Shown here piece by piece: positions 28,183 to 38,500 of a stretch of 64,000 nt of DNA (position 1 is the stretch's first letter; each line of letters begins with the position of its first letter). Made by a program: the position numbers and the translations under genes. The notes under the pieces were generated by a model. That model searched no databases. It was given only the letters and a program-made list of their open reading frames with translations, and was not told where the DNA came from. The stretch is from Phycisphaerae bacterium (lineage in GTDB: Bacteria; Planctomycetota; Phycisphaerae; UBA1845): NCBI GenBank assembly GCA_029260055.1, contig JAJDDX010000424.1, forward strand, positions 20,586 to 84,585, in the 5' to 3' direction.

Positions 28183-29118
28183 TCAGCCATCTAGTCGCCG
28201 AATAGCTCGTCCCCGGACCTTGGCCGCGGAAAGGAGCATGAGGGCGAGGATCACGATTCCCCACTGAGACACTGCCGGGACTGGCTCGACCTGGCATTCG
28301 TCAGGAACGCCGTCGCCGTTATCGTCGGCGCTTTCTCCTGTTGCGATGTCGCATTCGTCAGGCGTGCCGTTGGCCTGGCAGTCGTGGCTCATGCCTTGGG
28401 TGATGTCCTGGTCGTCAGGAATGCGGTTGCCGTTGCAGTCGTCGGCGCCGACATGCAGGGTCAACGTCGCCGACCAGTCCAACGGTATGCTTTGGTCGTC
28501 GTCATCCAAGAGGAATGTATGGTCGGGGTTCTGCAGGAGGCCGAGGGCAAAAGAACCGCCGGCGTTTTCGCCCACCTCCAGCCACATGGTTCCCAGATAC
28601 TTGCGGTTGCCGTCATCCGGAACGCCCCACGGGGCGCTGAGCAGGGTCCCGGCGATTCCGTAGTTCCCAAGAAGTGCATCGCCTGACGTGCAGTCGGTGG
28701 CCCAGATTGCCAGGCGGCCGACGAACAGGTGGCCGGGTCGATGGTTCGGCTGTTCGATATACAGGGAGCCGCCGCATTCGCACAGGCTGCCGTCGCAGGC
28801 CGATGCGCCGAAACAATCCTCGTCCTCAGTGCAGGGTAGCTCCGCGAGTTTGATCAGTCCGGTTGTGCCGCTCGCAAGGGACGTACCGTCCAGGCGAAGC
28901 TGATACGTCTTGACCAAGGCAGGCGCCCAGTCCTGAAGGTAGAACTCGATCTTCAACGAGTCGCCCGGTTGTACGACGAGATCTGCGGACGGCAAGTTCG
29001 CTGTCGAACCGTTGATCTCGACGACCTCCATGGTCATGACTGCGGGCAGCGCCAGCGCGGTCGCCGAGAAGACTCCGATCAGACTTCCGGTGAGGCACAA
29101 AGTTGCGGCGTGTTTCAT
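28183..29118 (-). CDS. Surface protein paralog 3: signal peptide, about 200-aa beta-sandwich module, 3 Cys/Asp repeats, IPTL-CTERM-like anchor
   Basis: MKHAATLCL...ALALPAVMTMEVVEING; DCxxNxxPDxCD repeats; VPAVSQWGIVILALMLLSAAKVR. Confidence 0.82.
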   Translation of the reverse strand: MKHAATLCLTGSLIGVFSATALALPAVMTMEVVEINGSTANLPSADLVVQPGDSLKIEFYLQDWAPALVKTYQLRLDGTSLASGTTGLIKLAELPCTEDEDCFGASACDGSLCECGGSLYIEQPNHRPGHLFVGRLAIWATDCTSGDALLGNYGIAGTLLSAPWGVPDDGNRKYLGTMWLEVGENAGGSFALGLLQNPDHTFLLDDDDQSIPLDWSATLTLHVGADDCNGNRIPDDQDITQGMSHDCQANGTPDECDIATGESADDNGDGVPDECQVEPVPAVSQWGIVILALMLLSAAKVRGRAIRRLDG

Positions 29119-29223
29119 CGTTTCTCGTTTCCTTCTTTCCGGATCGTATCGTGCAGTAGCCACACTCAAGTCTCAGGCCGTAGTTTTTACCATGTCGGGC
29201 AGCCCGCCATCCGTTTCGACGGG

Positions 29224-30159
29224 TCAGCCGCAGGCTCGTCGAGGCGCCCGTCTTCGAATCTTCGCCGCAGTGAGAATCAAGAGGGCAAGGATGGCGAGCC
29301 CCCATTGCGAGATGGCTGGAACCGGTACGGCTTGGCATTCATCAGGAACACCATTGGCGTCATCGTCGGCGCTTTCTCCTGTTGCGATGTCGCACTCATC
29401 CGGGACGGCGTTGGCCTGGCAGTCGTCACTCGTGCCTTGGGCGATGTCCTGGTCGTCGGGCATGCGGTTGCCGTTGCAGTCGTCGGCGCCGACGCGCAGC
29501 GTCAGCGTGGCCGAACGGTCCAACGGCAGGTTCAGGTAGTCTACATCCTCGAGGAACACTTCGTAGGGTATTTGAAGGAGGCGGAGCGTGAAGTCGCCGC
29601 CGGCGTCCTCACTCACCGTCAGGAGTAACGTTCCCATGTGCTTGGGGATGCCTTGATCCGGAACGCCCGACAGCGGATGAAACAGCGTTCCGGCCAGTGC
29701 GTAGCTTCCTTCGAGTCCCCACGATGATGTGCAGTCGGCTGCGACAATGGCCTCGCGGTCGGCGAACACGTGGTCGGGGCGGCTGCTCGGCGCTTCCACA
29801 TATGCTGAGCCGTAGCAACTGCACAGGTCGCCGTCGCATGTCGCGCCCTCGAAGCAGTCGCCGTCCGTCGCGCACGGCAATTCCGTCAGTGTGATCGCGC
29901 CGCTAGTGCCGCTCGCAAGTGAGGTACCGTCCAGGCGCATCTGGTAGGTAAGAAGCAACTCGGGCGCCCAACCCTGTAGATACATTTCGAGCTTCAAGGA
30001 GTCACCCGGGTTCACGACGAGATCGCTCGACGGTAGACCCGCGGTCGAGCCGTTGACCTCGACGACTTCCATGGTCACGACGGCCGGCAGAGCCATCGCC
30101 GTTGCCGAGAAGAAACCGATCAGGCTTCCGCAGAGCCACAAGGTCAAAGCGTGTTTCAT
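29224..30159 (-). CDS. Surface protein paralog 2 (same architecture, 3 repeats)
   Basis: MKHALTLWL...AMALPAVVTMEVVEVNG; VPAISQWGLAILALLILTAAKIRRR. Confidence 0.82.
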   Translation of the reverse strand: MKHALTLWLCGSLIGFFSATAMALPAVVTMEVVEVNGSTAGLPSSDLVVNPGDSLKLEMYLQGWAPELLLTYQMRLDGTSLASGTSGAITLTELPCATDGDCFEGATCDGDLCSCYGSAYVEAPSSRPDHVFADREAIVAADCTSSWGLEGSYALAGTLFHPLSGVPDQGIPKHMGTLLLTVSEDAGGDFTLRLLQIPYEVFLEDVDYLNLPLDRSATLTLRVGADDCNGNRMPDDQDIAQGTSDDCQANAVPDECDIATGESADDDANGVPDECQAVPVPAISQWGLAILALLILTAAKIRRRAPRRACG

Positions 30160-30262
30160 CGCCTCTCGTTCCTTTCCTTCTGGATCGTAATGTGCATTCG
30201 CCACACGAACTCTCGGGCCGAAGTCCCTCCATGGCGGGTGCCCCACCATCCGTCTCGGCGCG

Positions 30263-31252
30263 TCAGCCGTCGGCCCGTCGAAATGCCGTGCCTCTAGTTT
30301 TCGCCGCGATAAGGAGCAAGAGGGCAAGGACGGCGAGTCCCCACGCGGAGACAGCCGGCACGGGCTCGAACTGGCACTCATCAGGAATGCCGTCGCCGTT
30401 GTGGTCCACGCTGCTCCCTTGTACGAGATCGCACTCGTCAGGGACGGCGTTCAGCTGACAGTCTTCACTCGCACCCTGCGTGAGGTCGCACTCATCCGGG
30501 ACGGCGTTGGCCTGGCAGTCCTCACTCGTGCCTTGGGCGATGTCCTGGTCGTCAGGGATGCGGTTGCCGTTGCAGTCGTCGGCGCCGACATGCAGGGTCA
30601 ACGTCGTCGACCAGTCTAGCGGAATGAGGTAGTCGTTTTCGTCCGCGACGAATGTCTGGTCGGCATTCTGCAGGAGGCCGAGCGTAAAACCGCCGCTGGC
30701 GTTTCCGCTCACCGTAAGCAACATGGTTCCCATGTACGTTCGTGTTCCCGGGTCCGGGATCCCCGGTATGCCGAACGCGATTCCGCCGAAGCCGTAGTTG
30801 CCGGCCAAGGCGAGCATTGAAGTGCAGTCGACGGCCAAGATGGCGTCTTGTCCGAAGAACACGTGATCGGGCCGGCTGCCGGGTGGCTCGATGTACAAGG
30901 AACTCCAACAGTGGCACAAGTTACCGTCGCACGCCGATTCGCCGTAACAGTCACCGTCGGCGGTGCACGGCAGTTCCGCCAGAGAGATCGTTCCGGTCGT
31001 GCCACTCGCGAGAGATGCGCCGTCGAGGCGCAATTGATAGTAGAAGAGCAGGCCAGGCGCCCAATCCTGAAGATAGAATTCGACTTTCAACAAGTCGCCC
31101 GGGTTCACGACGAGATCGGCGGACGGCAAACCCGTTGTCGAGCCGTTGATATCGACGACTTCCATGGTCATGACGGCCGGCAGAGCCAGGGTGGCCGTCG
31201 AAAACAACGCGATCAGGCCTCCGCTGAGGCATGAGGTTTTGGCGTGTTTCAT
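30263..31252 (-). CDS. Surface protein paralog 1 (same architecture, 4 repeats)
   Basis: MKHAKTSCL...TLALPAVMTMEVVDING; VPAVSAWGLAVLALLLLIAAKTR. Confidence 0.82.
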   Translation of the reverse strand: MKHAKTSCLSGGLIALFSTATLALPAVMTMEVVDINGSTTGLPSADLVVNPGDLLKVEFYLQDWAPGLLFYYQLRLDGASLASGTTGTISLAELPCTADGDCYGESACDGNLCHCWSSLYIEPPGSRPDHVFFGQDAILAVDCTSMLALAGNYGFGGIAFGIPGIPDPGTRTYMGTMLLTVSGNASGGFTLGLLQNADQTFVADENDYLIPLDWSTTLTLHVGADDCNGNRIPDDQDIAQGTSEDCQANAVPDECDLTQGASEDCQLNAVPDECDLVQGSSVDHNGDGIPDECQFEPVPAVSAWGLAVLALLLLIAAKTRGTAFRRADG

Positions 31253-31354
31253 CGATCTTCGGTCCCTTCCTTCAGAGCGGTCATGTGCATTCGCGGCACG
31301 ACATTTGGGCCGTAGTTCTTCCATGGAGGGCGTCCCATCATCCGTTTCGGTGCG

Positions 31355-34300
31355 TCAGGCGTGGGCTCGTCGACACGTCGCGCTTCTGGTTTTCGCCGCT
31401 ATTGAGAGCAACAGGGCGAGGACGATTAGTCCCCACTGGGAGACGGCCGGGACGGACACGGTTTGGCATTCATCCGGGATGCCGTCGCCATCGTCATCGC
31501 CACTGCTACCTGATGCGATGTCGCATTCGTCCGGTGTGCCGTTGGCCTGGCAGTCCTCGCTCGCACCCTGCGTGATGTCGCACTCATCCGGCACGCCGTT
31601 CGCCTGGCAGTCGTGGCTCGTGCCTTGGGCGATGTCCTGATCGTCGGGGATGCGGTTGCCGTTGCAGTCGTTGGCGCCGACGCGCAGGGTCAACGTCGCC
31701 GACCAGTCCAACGGTATGATCTGGTCATCAGAGTCCACGAGGAATGTTTGATCGGGATCTTGCATGAGGCCGAGCGTGAAAGTGCCGTCGGCGTTTTCGT
31801 CCACCGTAAGGAACATGGTTCCTATGTATTTGGGCGTGCCTTGATCCGGTACGCCCCACGGCGGAGTAAGCAGCGTCCCACCTACGAGGTAGCTCCCTTG
31901 CTGTGCGAGGTTTGAGGTACAGTCGCCGACAATGATGGCGTCGCGTCCGAAGAACAGGTGGTCGGGTCGACTATCCGTCGCTTCCACATACACGGACCCG
32001 CTGCAGTCGCACAGGTTGCCGTCGCATACCGATTCGCCGTAACAGTCGCCGTCCGTGGTGCAGGGCAGCTCGGCGAGCAGGATTGCGCCGGTCCCGCTGC
32101 TTGTCAGTGACGCACCATCCAGGCGCAACTGGTGCGTATTGGCCAACAGGGGCGCCCAATCCTGAAGATAGAATTCGACTTTCAACAAGTCGCCCTGATT
32201 CGCGACGAGGTCGTCCGACGGCAGGCCCGCCGCCGAGCCGTTGACCTCGACGACTTCCATGGTCATGACGGCCGGGGTCGGCTCGATTTGGCATTCATCG
32301 GGAACGCCATCGCCGTTGTCGTCGGTGCTGCTGCCTTGTGCGATGTCGCACTCATCCGGTACGCCGTTCGCCTGGCAGTCGTCGCTGCTGCCTTGGGCGA
32401 TGTCGCACTCGTCAGGCACGTCGTTTAGCTGGCAGTCCTCGCTCGTACCCTGTGCGATGTCCTGGTCATCGGGGATGCCGTTGGGCTGACAGTCCACCAC
32501 GAGGCCGCTGACGTGAAGTTCGCCGGTGAACGCATCGCCGTCTCGCGCCCCGACGCGGATCAGGTATGTCCTTTGCGCCTCGACGTCGATGGTGCTGGAG
32601 GAGCCGACGCCGCAACTGCCATCGAGCGCGTCATCGTTGCAGGTGATGAGTCGATCTCCCGTCGCGGGACAGTCGCCACCGTCGTATACGAGTAGGATGG
32701 TGTCGCCCTGGGGTACCGAGCAGGTATCGAACGTGACGGACCCTGCTACGGGTGCCGTGTACTCGAACCAGACATCGCCCGTCAAGTCGACCGCGCACGC
32801 CTCGCCCGGGCACTGCGCCGTCGCTCCGTTCAGATCGAAGTTCGACGATGTTGCGGCGATGGTTGCGGTGTCACAGGTATTGTTGACTGGGACGTCGCCC
32901 GGCGGGCTGCAGGGGGCCGTGGCCGGTGACGTGACAGTGAGGCGGTATTCTCCGGCAGCGTACTCCGCTTTCGCCCCCAAAAGGACGTAGTAAGTCTCGC
33001 CGATGTTCAGGTCGTAGAGACAGATCGCTGCTTGTCCGTCTTGGCAACTGATCCAGTCGCTGTCGTCGTTGCAGCCGATCGGCACGAGTGAGTTGCATGC
33101 GGCCTGTTCGTCGGTGTGGTCCGTCGCTCGGAAGACCTGAAGCAGCGCGTCCCATGCCGGCAAGTTGTTGGCCCCGCAGGTGTCGACTCGGGCGCTCGCC
33201 TCCGAGGCGGTGAACTTGGCCCAGACGCCGCCGAACCCTTGAGTTCCCGCCCCGGCTCGGTGGCAACAAAAGCCTTCACTTGCGTCGGTTGTGGCACCTC
33301 TGTTATCAAGCGTTGTGGCGCCGTTTGCCTCGCAGCTCTGGCCTGCGGGGCAGTCCGTGTCGTCGAAGCACTGATCGAGGCTGACCGAGCATTCGTTGAG
33401 CATGTATGCACCGCTGTCCGGGGTCGGACCGAAGCACGTGTCGTTACCGACCGGGAGGTCCGTGCATACGGCGACCGCGCGGGTGGCACACGTGCTGTCC
33501 CATTCCCAGATGCAGCAGAACGGGTCCATATCGCAGACTGTGTCGCAGCAGGTCGGGACGTTGCAGCCCACGGTGCCGTTCGCTAGGTCGCACGATCCCT
33601 CCGCGAATCGGCATATCCAACTGATGCAGTCCTGTTGTCCCTGGCCGCAGAATTGCCCCGGCTGCCACACGGCGGCGTGGCCGTCGTCGTCCAGGTGTGA
33701 TTCGCATGTCGTTTCATCGAGATCGACGCACGTTTCGCCGAACGGAGAATTCGGCGGTGTGCAGCAGGCCGCGGTGCCGCAGGTCGGGTCGAACGACACG
33801 CCAAGATCGGTGCAGATTTGGGTCCGGGTGCAGGTCTCGCCGACGGGGCAATCCGCGTCGACAACACACGCATCGTCGGTGAGGCTGCATGCTATCGGGC
33901 AGTCGGCATCGACGGTGCATTCGTCGCTGGTGATGCTGCACGTGTTGGGGCACTTTGCGCCCGACTCAAATCGTACCGTGGACCCCTGGCAGGCGATCTC
34001 CTGGACCTCGCGACAGAATTCTCGCGGCGTGCCCGCTCCCGGCGTAGACAGGTCGCAACATGCACCCGTTGGCGAATTGCCAAGGCAGCGAACGGTGATG
34101 GCGAATCCCGACCACGGGTTACCACCGAACCAGTACAAGTTGCAGTCCGATCCGTCTTGCAGCCCGAAGAAGTCGTCGGTGTAGCCGAGTGCGGCCTGCC
34201 CCGAGAATATGGAGCTTGCCGCTCTATCGAACTTGTAGGCTACCCACAGGGGCATCGCGCCGGTGTTCAGTGCGACGCCGCCGGGAAAGTCGAAGCGAGC

Positions 34301-35257
34301 GAATGCGGGTGAATCGTCAGCGATGAACGCTGCGGTTCCTTGGGTTCCTTCTATCACGAAGGCATCACCGCAGAAGCGCCGGAGTTCAGCCGTTACGGTG
34401 ACGGTGCCGCCGCCGGTGGCGACGCCGCCGATGTCGTAGCTGCTCAGGACGCAGTTATCGATGATCAGTTCGACATCGTCCACGATCCACCAGTTCGGAG
34501 GGAAGACCCACCGCATTCCGCCTAGATTGGCGTTGTAGTAAGCGAGGAACTCTCGGTCGAAGGGCGGTTCGCAGTAGACCTGGGTGTGGAAGCCGGCGTA
34601 GAGCGTCGTGCCGGCGAAGCTGGCGCTGCAGGGTTCGAACGGGATGTCATAGATGTTCGACGTGAAGCCAACCTCGGCGGGGGTACCAACGACCCAGCCG
34701 GGGCCCGCGCGGTCGAACGAGACACCGAGCCACACCGTATTGTCAATGGCCACGGGGCTGGCCGACAGGTCAAGCAGTACGGAATGAAGTCCGTCATCGG
34801 CGATCGCCAGGGAGCCGTCGGTGCCTGGCAGGACCACGCCGCCGCCGTTCGGGCAGCCGTCGTACAGCGCGAAGCTGACGGTGAAACCGGGGCCGGTGCC
34901 GTCGCCGCCGCCGGCGACGAGGAACTCGTATGCCTTGACCGGGCAGCCGTTCACCGCCTCGGTGTGCAGATCGTCCGCCACCAGGGTGTCCGGCGGAAGC
35001 TGCAGGAAGACGTCCGGCGGCGGTGAATTGGCGTAGACCGGATCGTCAAGTATCAGGCCTCCCGCCGAGCCGGCCGAGCCCGTTGTCGCGTTGTAGTAAT
35101 GTCTTTGAGGTTCGAGTCCCGGTGGGATCGAACGGAGCACAGCCGCAGAAGCCTGTGCTTGGTTTGCCGGGCTGCCGTTGTCCGCGGTGATGTCTCCGTT
35201 GGCTGCGAGGCCCGCCGTACCGATGACCCAAATCAGCGCACTTGTGACCGAAACCAT
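31355..35257 (-). CDS. Large secreted Cys-rich multidomain surface protein ending in the same module and IPTL-CTERM-like anchor
   Basis: GACC and CxxxxxxCxxDxDCP motifs, CCDTVCDMDPFCC, two PPC-like domains (VW...DTC...CNDD), two blocks of four 19-aa Cys/Asp repeats, VPAVSQWG. Alternative GTG starts at 35278 and 35284. Confidence 0.8.
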   Translation of the reverse strand: MVSVTSALIWVIGTAGLAANGDITADNGSPANQAQASAAVLRSIPPGLEPQRHYYNATTGSAGSAGGLILDDPVYANSPPPDVFLQLPPDTLVADDLHTEAVNGCPVKAYEFLVAGGGDGTGPGFTVSFALYDGCPNGGGVVLPGTDGSLAIADDGLHSVLLDLSASPVAIDNTVWLGVSFDRAGPGWVVGTPAEVGFTSNIYDIPFEPCSASFAGTTLYAGFHTQVYCEPPFDREFLAYYNANLGGMRWVFPPNWWIVDDVELIIDNCVLSSYDIGGVATGGGTVTVTAELRRFCGDAFVIEGTQGTAAFIADDSPAFARFDFPGGVALNTGAMPLWVAYKFDRAASSIFSGQAALGYTDDFFGLQDGSDCNLYWFGGNPWSGFAITVRCLGNSPTGACCDLSTPGAGTPREFCREVQEIACQGSTVRFESGAKCPNTCSITSDECTVDADCPIACSLTDDACVVDADCPVGETCTRTQICTDLGVSFDPTCGTAACCTPPNSPFGETCVDLDETTCESHLDDDGHAAVWQPGQFCGQGQQDCISWICRFAEGSCDLANGTVGCNVPTCCDTVCDMDPFCCIWEWDSTCATRAVAVCTDLPVGNDTCFGPTPDSGAYMLNECSVSLDQCFDDTDCPAGQSCEANGATTLDNRGATTDASEGFCCHRAGAGTQGFGGVWAKFTASEASARVDTCGANNLPAWDALLQVFRATDHTDEQAACNSLVPIGCNDDSDWISCQDGQAAICLYDLNIGETYYVLLGAKAEYAAGEYRLTVTSPATAPCSPPGDVPVNNTCDTATIAATSSNFDLNGATAQCPGEACAVDLTGDVWFEYTAPVAGSVTFDTCSVPQGDTILLVYDGGDCPATGDRLITCNDDALDGSCGVGSSSTIDVEAQRTYLIRVGARDGDAFTGELHVSGLVVDCQPNGIPDDQDIAQGTSEDCQLNDVPDECDIAQGSSDDCQANGVPDECDIAQGSSTDDNGDGVPDECQIEPTPAVMTMEVVEVNGSAAGLPSDDLVANQGDLLKVEFYLQDWAPLLANTHQLRLDGASLTSSGTGAILLAELPCTTDGDCYGESVCDGNLCDCSGSVYVEATDSRPDHLFFGRDAIIVGDCTSNLAQQGSYLVGGTLLTPPWGVPDQGTPKYIGTMFLTVDENADGTFTLGLMQDPDQTFLVDSDDQIIPLDWSATLTLRVGANDCNGNRIPDDQDIAQGTSHDCQANGVPDECDITQGASEDCQANGTPDECDIASGSSGDDDGDGIPDECQTVSVPAVSQWGLIVLALLLSIAAKTRSATCRRAHA

Positions 35258-35560
35258 GGGCTTCTCTCCGTGGTGCACCTGCACCTTCCTCCGTTAAGTA
35301 TCTGTATGGTACGAACGCCGATCTGAATGAACCGCGATCACTCAGGTACGTGCTGCAGCTTCGGGCCCACCCCAGGAATGCCCCTTAGAACAAGAGGTAA
35401 CGTGGACGATCCCCACCGCGACCTGCGATTATACCGTGTCGGCATTCGGCAGGTCAAGTCCAAACCCGGACTTGCAGGCCCCTGTTCGGCGCACTGTGGG
35501 ATCGGGGCCACGTCTGGGGTATCAGGAGGTCGGTGCGGGCTCTTTGCCGCCTATTCAGGG

Positions 35561-38500
35561 CTACTTCCGGGATGCCGTTCGCTTGTCGACCGGGCAGATC
35601 ACTCGGAAGCCGACGTTGAATACGGGCTGCCAGTCGGGGTAGTGCAGTCGGAATGCGGAGCGGCAGCGTTTCGGGCGGTCTCGCCAGGATCCACCGCGGA
35701 CGACGCGCTCACCGTTGGCCGCATTGTTGTTGCGGTCATCGTCGGCGTAGGGGTACGGCTGGTAGGTGGACTGTGTCCACTCGGCCACGTTCCCGTGCAT
35801 GTCGTGCAGTCCCCAGGCATTTGGCTGAAACGTGCCAACGTTCGCTACGACTCTGTGGCCGTCGTCGAAGCGGGCGTCCTTGGGTAAGTAGTCGGAGCGC
35901 GGGTCGGGGTCTTTGACCGGTTGGGGGTTCACGCCCTGCACCACGAGCTTGCTGGTCGATGCGTCCGCCATGTTCGCGAGCTTGGAGAAGTCCGTGTCGA
36001 GGCCGCCATAGCTCAATCGCGTAGCCGTGCCGGCGCGGGCTGCGTATTCCCATTGGGCTTCCGTCGGGAGAGCGAACGACTCGCCCGTCTCTTTCGAGAG
36101 CCACTGGCAGAACGCTCTGGCCTGACGCCAGGTGACGCGGATGACGGGCTGGTCAGGCAGGTTGGCCGGATAGCCGGGCGTCGTGTGGTCTTTCCATCGC
36201 TGGTCGTAGTAGCCGCTGTCGTGTTCTGCATCAAAGCGGATGAATTGCCGGTTGGTCACTTCCAGTGTGCCCATCCAGAAGGGTTCGTCGATGGTCACGG
36301 CGCTTGTCGGTGCTTCGTCGGCGTCTCCGTACTCATCCCCCATGACATACTGCCCGGCCGGTATGAGCACCAGGTCCATGGTCACGCCATCGCCGAGGTC
36401 GAGTGTTCGTCGTGTGGCGGGGCCGGCTGCCTGTTGCCGGCGCAGGGCTTCGTCGGCGTCGAAGGGCCAGCCGTTGCATTGCACGGCTGCTGCCGGTTTC
36501 CTGTTGACCGGCGCGGGTGTGACCGGCTCGGCCTTGGGCGTGTCAATCCGTACGATCGCCTCGGGATCATCCTCGATGTTTGCGAAAAGCTTGCGGTAGC
36601 GAAGGCGCATCGCATAGGACTTTTCGAATCCGCGCGAGCCCACATGCTCGGTCCACGTGCCGTGGTCCGGGACGTTGAAGTCGATCCACGTGATGAGGCG
36701 ATCCCATTCCACCTGGCTGAGCTGCACGTTGTGGTGACCCTTGCGGAGCATTTGAACGAGTTCGCTCGTGTTGGCGCGGAATTCGGCCGGGCGCAACAGA
36801 TGATAGTCGCTCTCGGGTCCGGGGCGGCGCACGTAGGGGTGCAATTCGAGATAGCTCTTGGTGAACCCGCCCCAGCCGCGAGCGTTGTCGGCGAAGTTGG
36901 GAAGGGCGGGCTCGTCGTCACGCGGGTTGCCGTCGTGGCACGCGACACACTTTCGGTCGAGCACGGGCTGAACCTCGCGCGTGAAGCTGAAACCGCGTGT
37001 CGGTCCGTGCCACGGCGCGATCTGACGTGGTCGATAGGCGGTGGCGACCGTCCGTCGATTCGGAACGGTGGTGTTCGGTGCCTCGTGGCAGCCGACGCAC
37101 GAGAGCATCTCACCCGGCATCGCGGTGAACCAACTGCGCATGAGTTGCAGCGCCTCGCCGCGATCGTTGATCGGTTGGACAGCGAGCGGCGTATTCGCCG
37201 GAACGGTGAACAGTGCCGATCCGTCGGCCTCGACCGGGACCGTGCCGAGGATGCGCTTCACATCCCAGCCGCCTTCCACCGCTGCGTGTTGGTGGCCGCC
37301 GATTTCGTTGTAGCCGTAGTGCCATTCGATGACGCGCAGCGCCTTGATGTCGCCGCGCGGTACACCTGCGAGGCCGGGGCCGTTGTAGACGTCGGCCATG
37401 TAGACGGTCGCATCGGTGCGGTCGGGCCGGACCCTGTCGGGAATGACGGGCGGGCGCTCGCGCTTGACGAGCGGCACCGGTTCGAGCAGCGCCTGGCCGC
37501 GCTCTTCGTGGAGCAGGACCATGTTGTCGAAGACGTCGACGAGATAGATTCCCCAGTGGCTATCCGGCGCGGGCTTGCACGAGACCAGGAAGTACTTTTC
37601 GCTGAGCGGCCACGGTTGGAGGAACTTCGGCCACGAGTCGTCGACGAGTTGATCGACGATGATCGGTTCGACCTTCTTGCCGCGGCCCGGGATGCGCTGA
37701 ACGACGCCGTCGGCCTCGTGCGTGCCTTTTGCGGTGTCCAGGACGATCAACTCTCCCATGCGGGGAACGCCATGATGGCCGGAGACGACGGTTACGAGTT
37801 TTGATGGATGGCCGGGGATCGGTCGCGAGTAGAAGATCGAGTTGGGCCAATAGGAGTTCGACCCGTAGACGGGCATCTGGCTTGTGCCGTCGGGGTTCAT
37901 GCGCATGAGCAGCCGCGTGAAGTAGTGTGGCGTGTCGGTGTATTCCCACCGGGCGAAGAGGACTCCGCCGTCGGGCAGCACGGTCGGGTGCCAGTTGTGA
38001 TCCTGGTCGAAACAGAGCTGGCGGACGTTTTTCCCGTCATCACCCATGATGTAGAGGTTACTGACGGCGTCGGCGCCGCCGACGCAGGGGACGCCCTGGC
38101 ACACCGCGGCGGAGGCGAAGACGATGCGGCCATCCGGCAGATAGCAGGCGTCGTAGTTGTCGGTTTCGGTGATGGGGCCGCTGGTGACTTGGCGCAGGTT
38201 GCCGCCGTCGATACCGATCTCGAACACCTGCCAGCGATGATCGTCATCGAGGGATGAGAACAGCAAGCGGTCGGCGTCGAAGTGGAGGTCGACATCGCCT
38301 ACGAAGACATTCCGCTCGGGTTTGTAGAGCGTGTCGAGTTGCGGGCGATCGCGAAAGGAGGACATGCGGCAGATGGCGTCGTCGTAGCCGGTTCGCGGGA
38401 GTGCACAATTGCCTTGCCAGTTCTGCGGCAGGCCGGTTCGTGGTCCGGTGTTGGCTCGTCTCACGATGAGTAGCTCGTCGAAGTCGAGCAGCGGGTTGGC

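Larger units (their letters stand above)
28183..32275 (-). repeat. Diverged tandem repeat of about 1.05 kb (four coding modules, three homologous spacers)
   Basis: Coding modules align end to end. The spacers share TGACnCnnCGAnACGGATG...CATGG...ACTnCGGCC...TGCAC...GAAGG...CGATG. Confidence 0.85.

Noticed and set aside
28183-32275. Diversity-generating retroelement acting on the paralog array
   Set aside because: There is no reverse transcriptase and no template/variable repeat pair, and differences are not adenine-specific.
28290-32500. 57-bp periodic repeats that could mimic a CRISPR array
   Set aside because: They are in-frame, degenerate at third positions and encode 19-aa Cys/Asp repeats. 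There are no unique spacers or cas genes.
35561-36400. SUMF1 domain as the maturase for the sulfatase at 59877
   Set aside because: It lacks the catalytic Cys pair of true formylglycine-generating enzymes and is part of a secreted protein.
35921-37804. Long antisense ORFs (also 2779..3990, 18322..19548, 6578..7702, 46296..47456, 47535..48668, 59802..60935)
   Set aside because: They are shadows of real genes caused by GC3-biased codons and show no family motifs.
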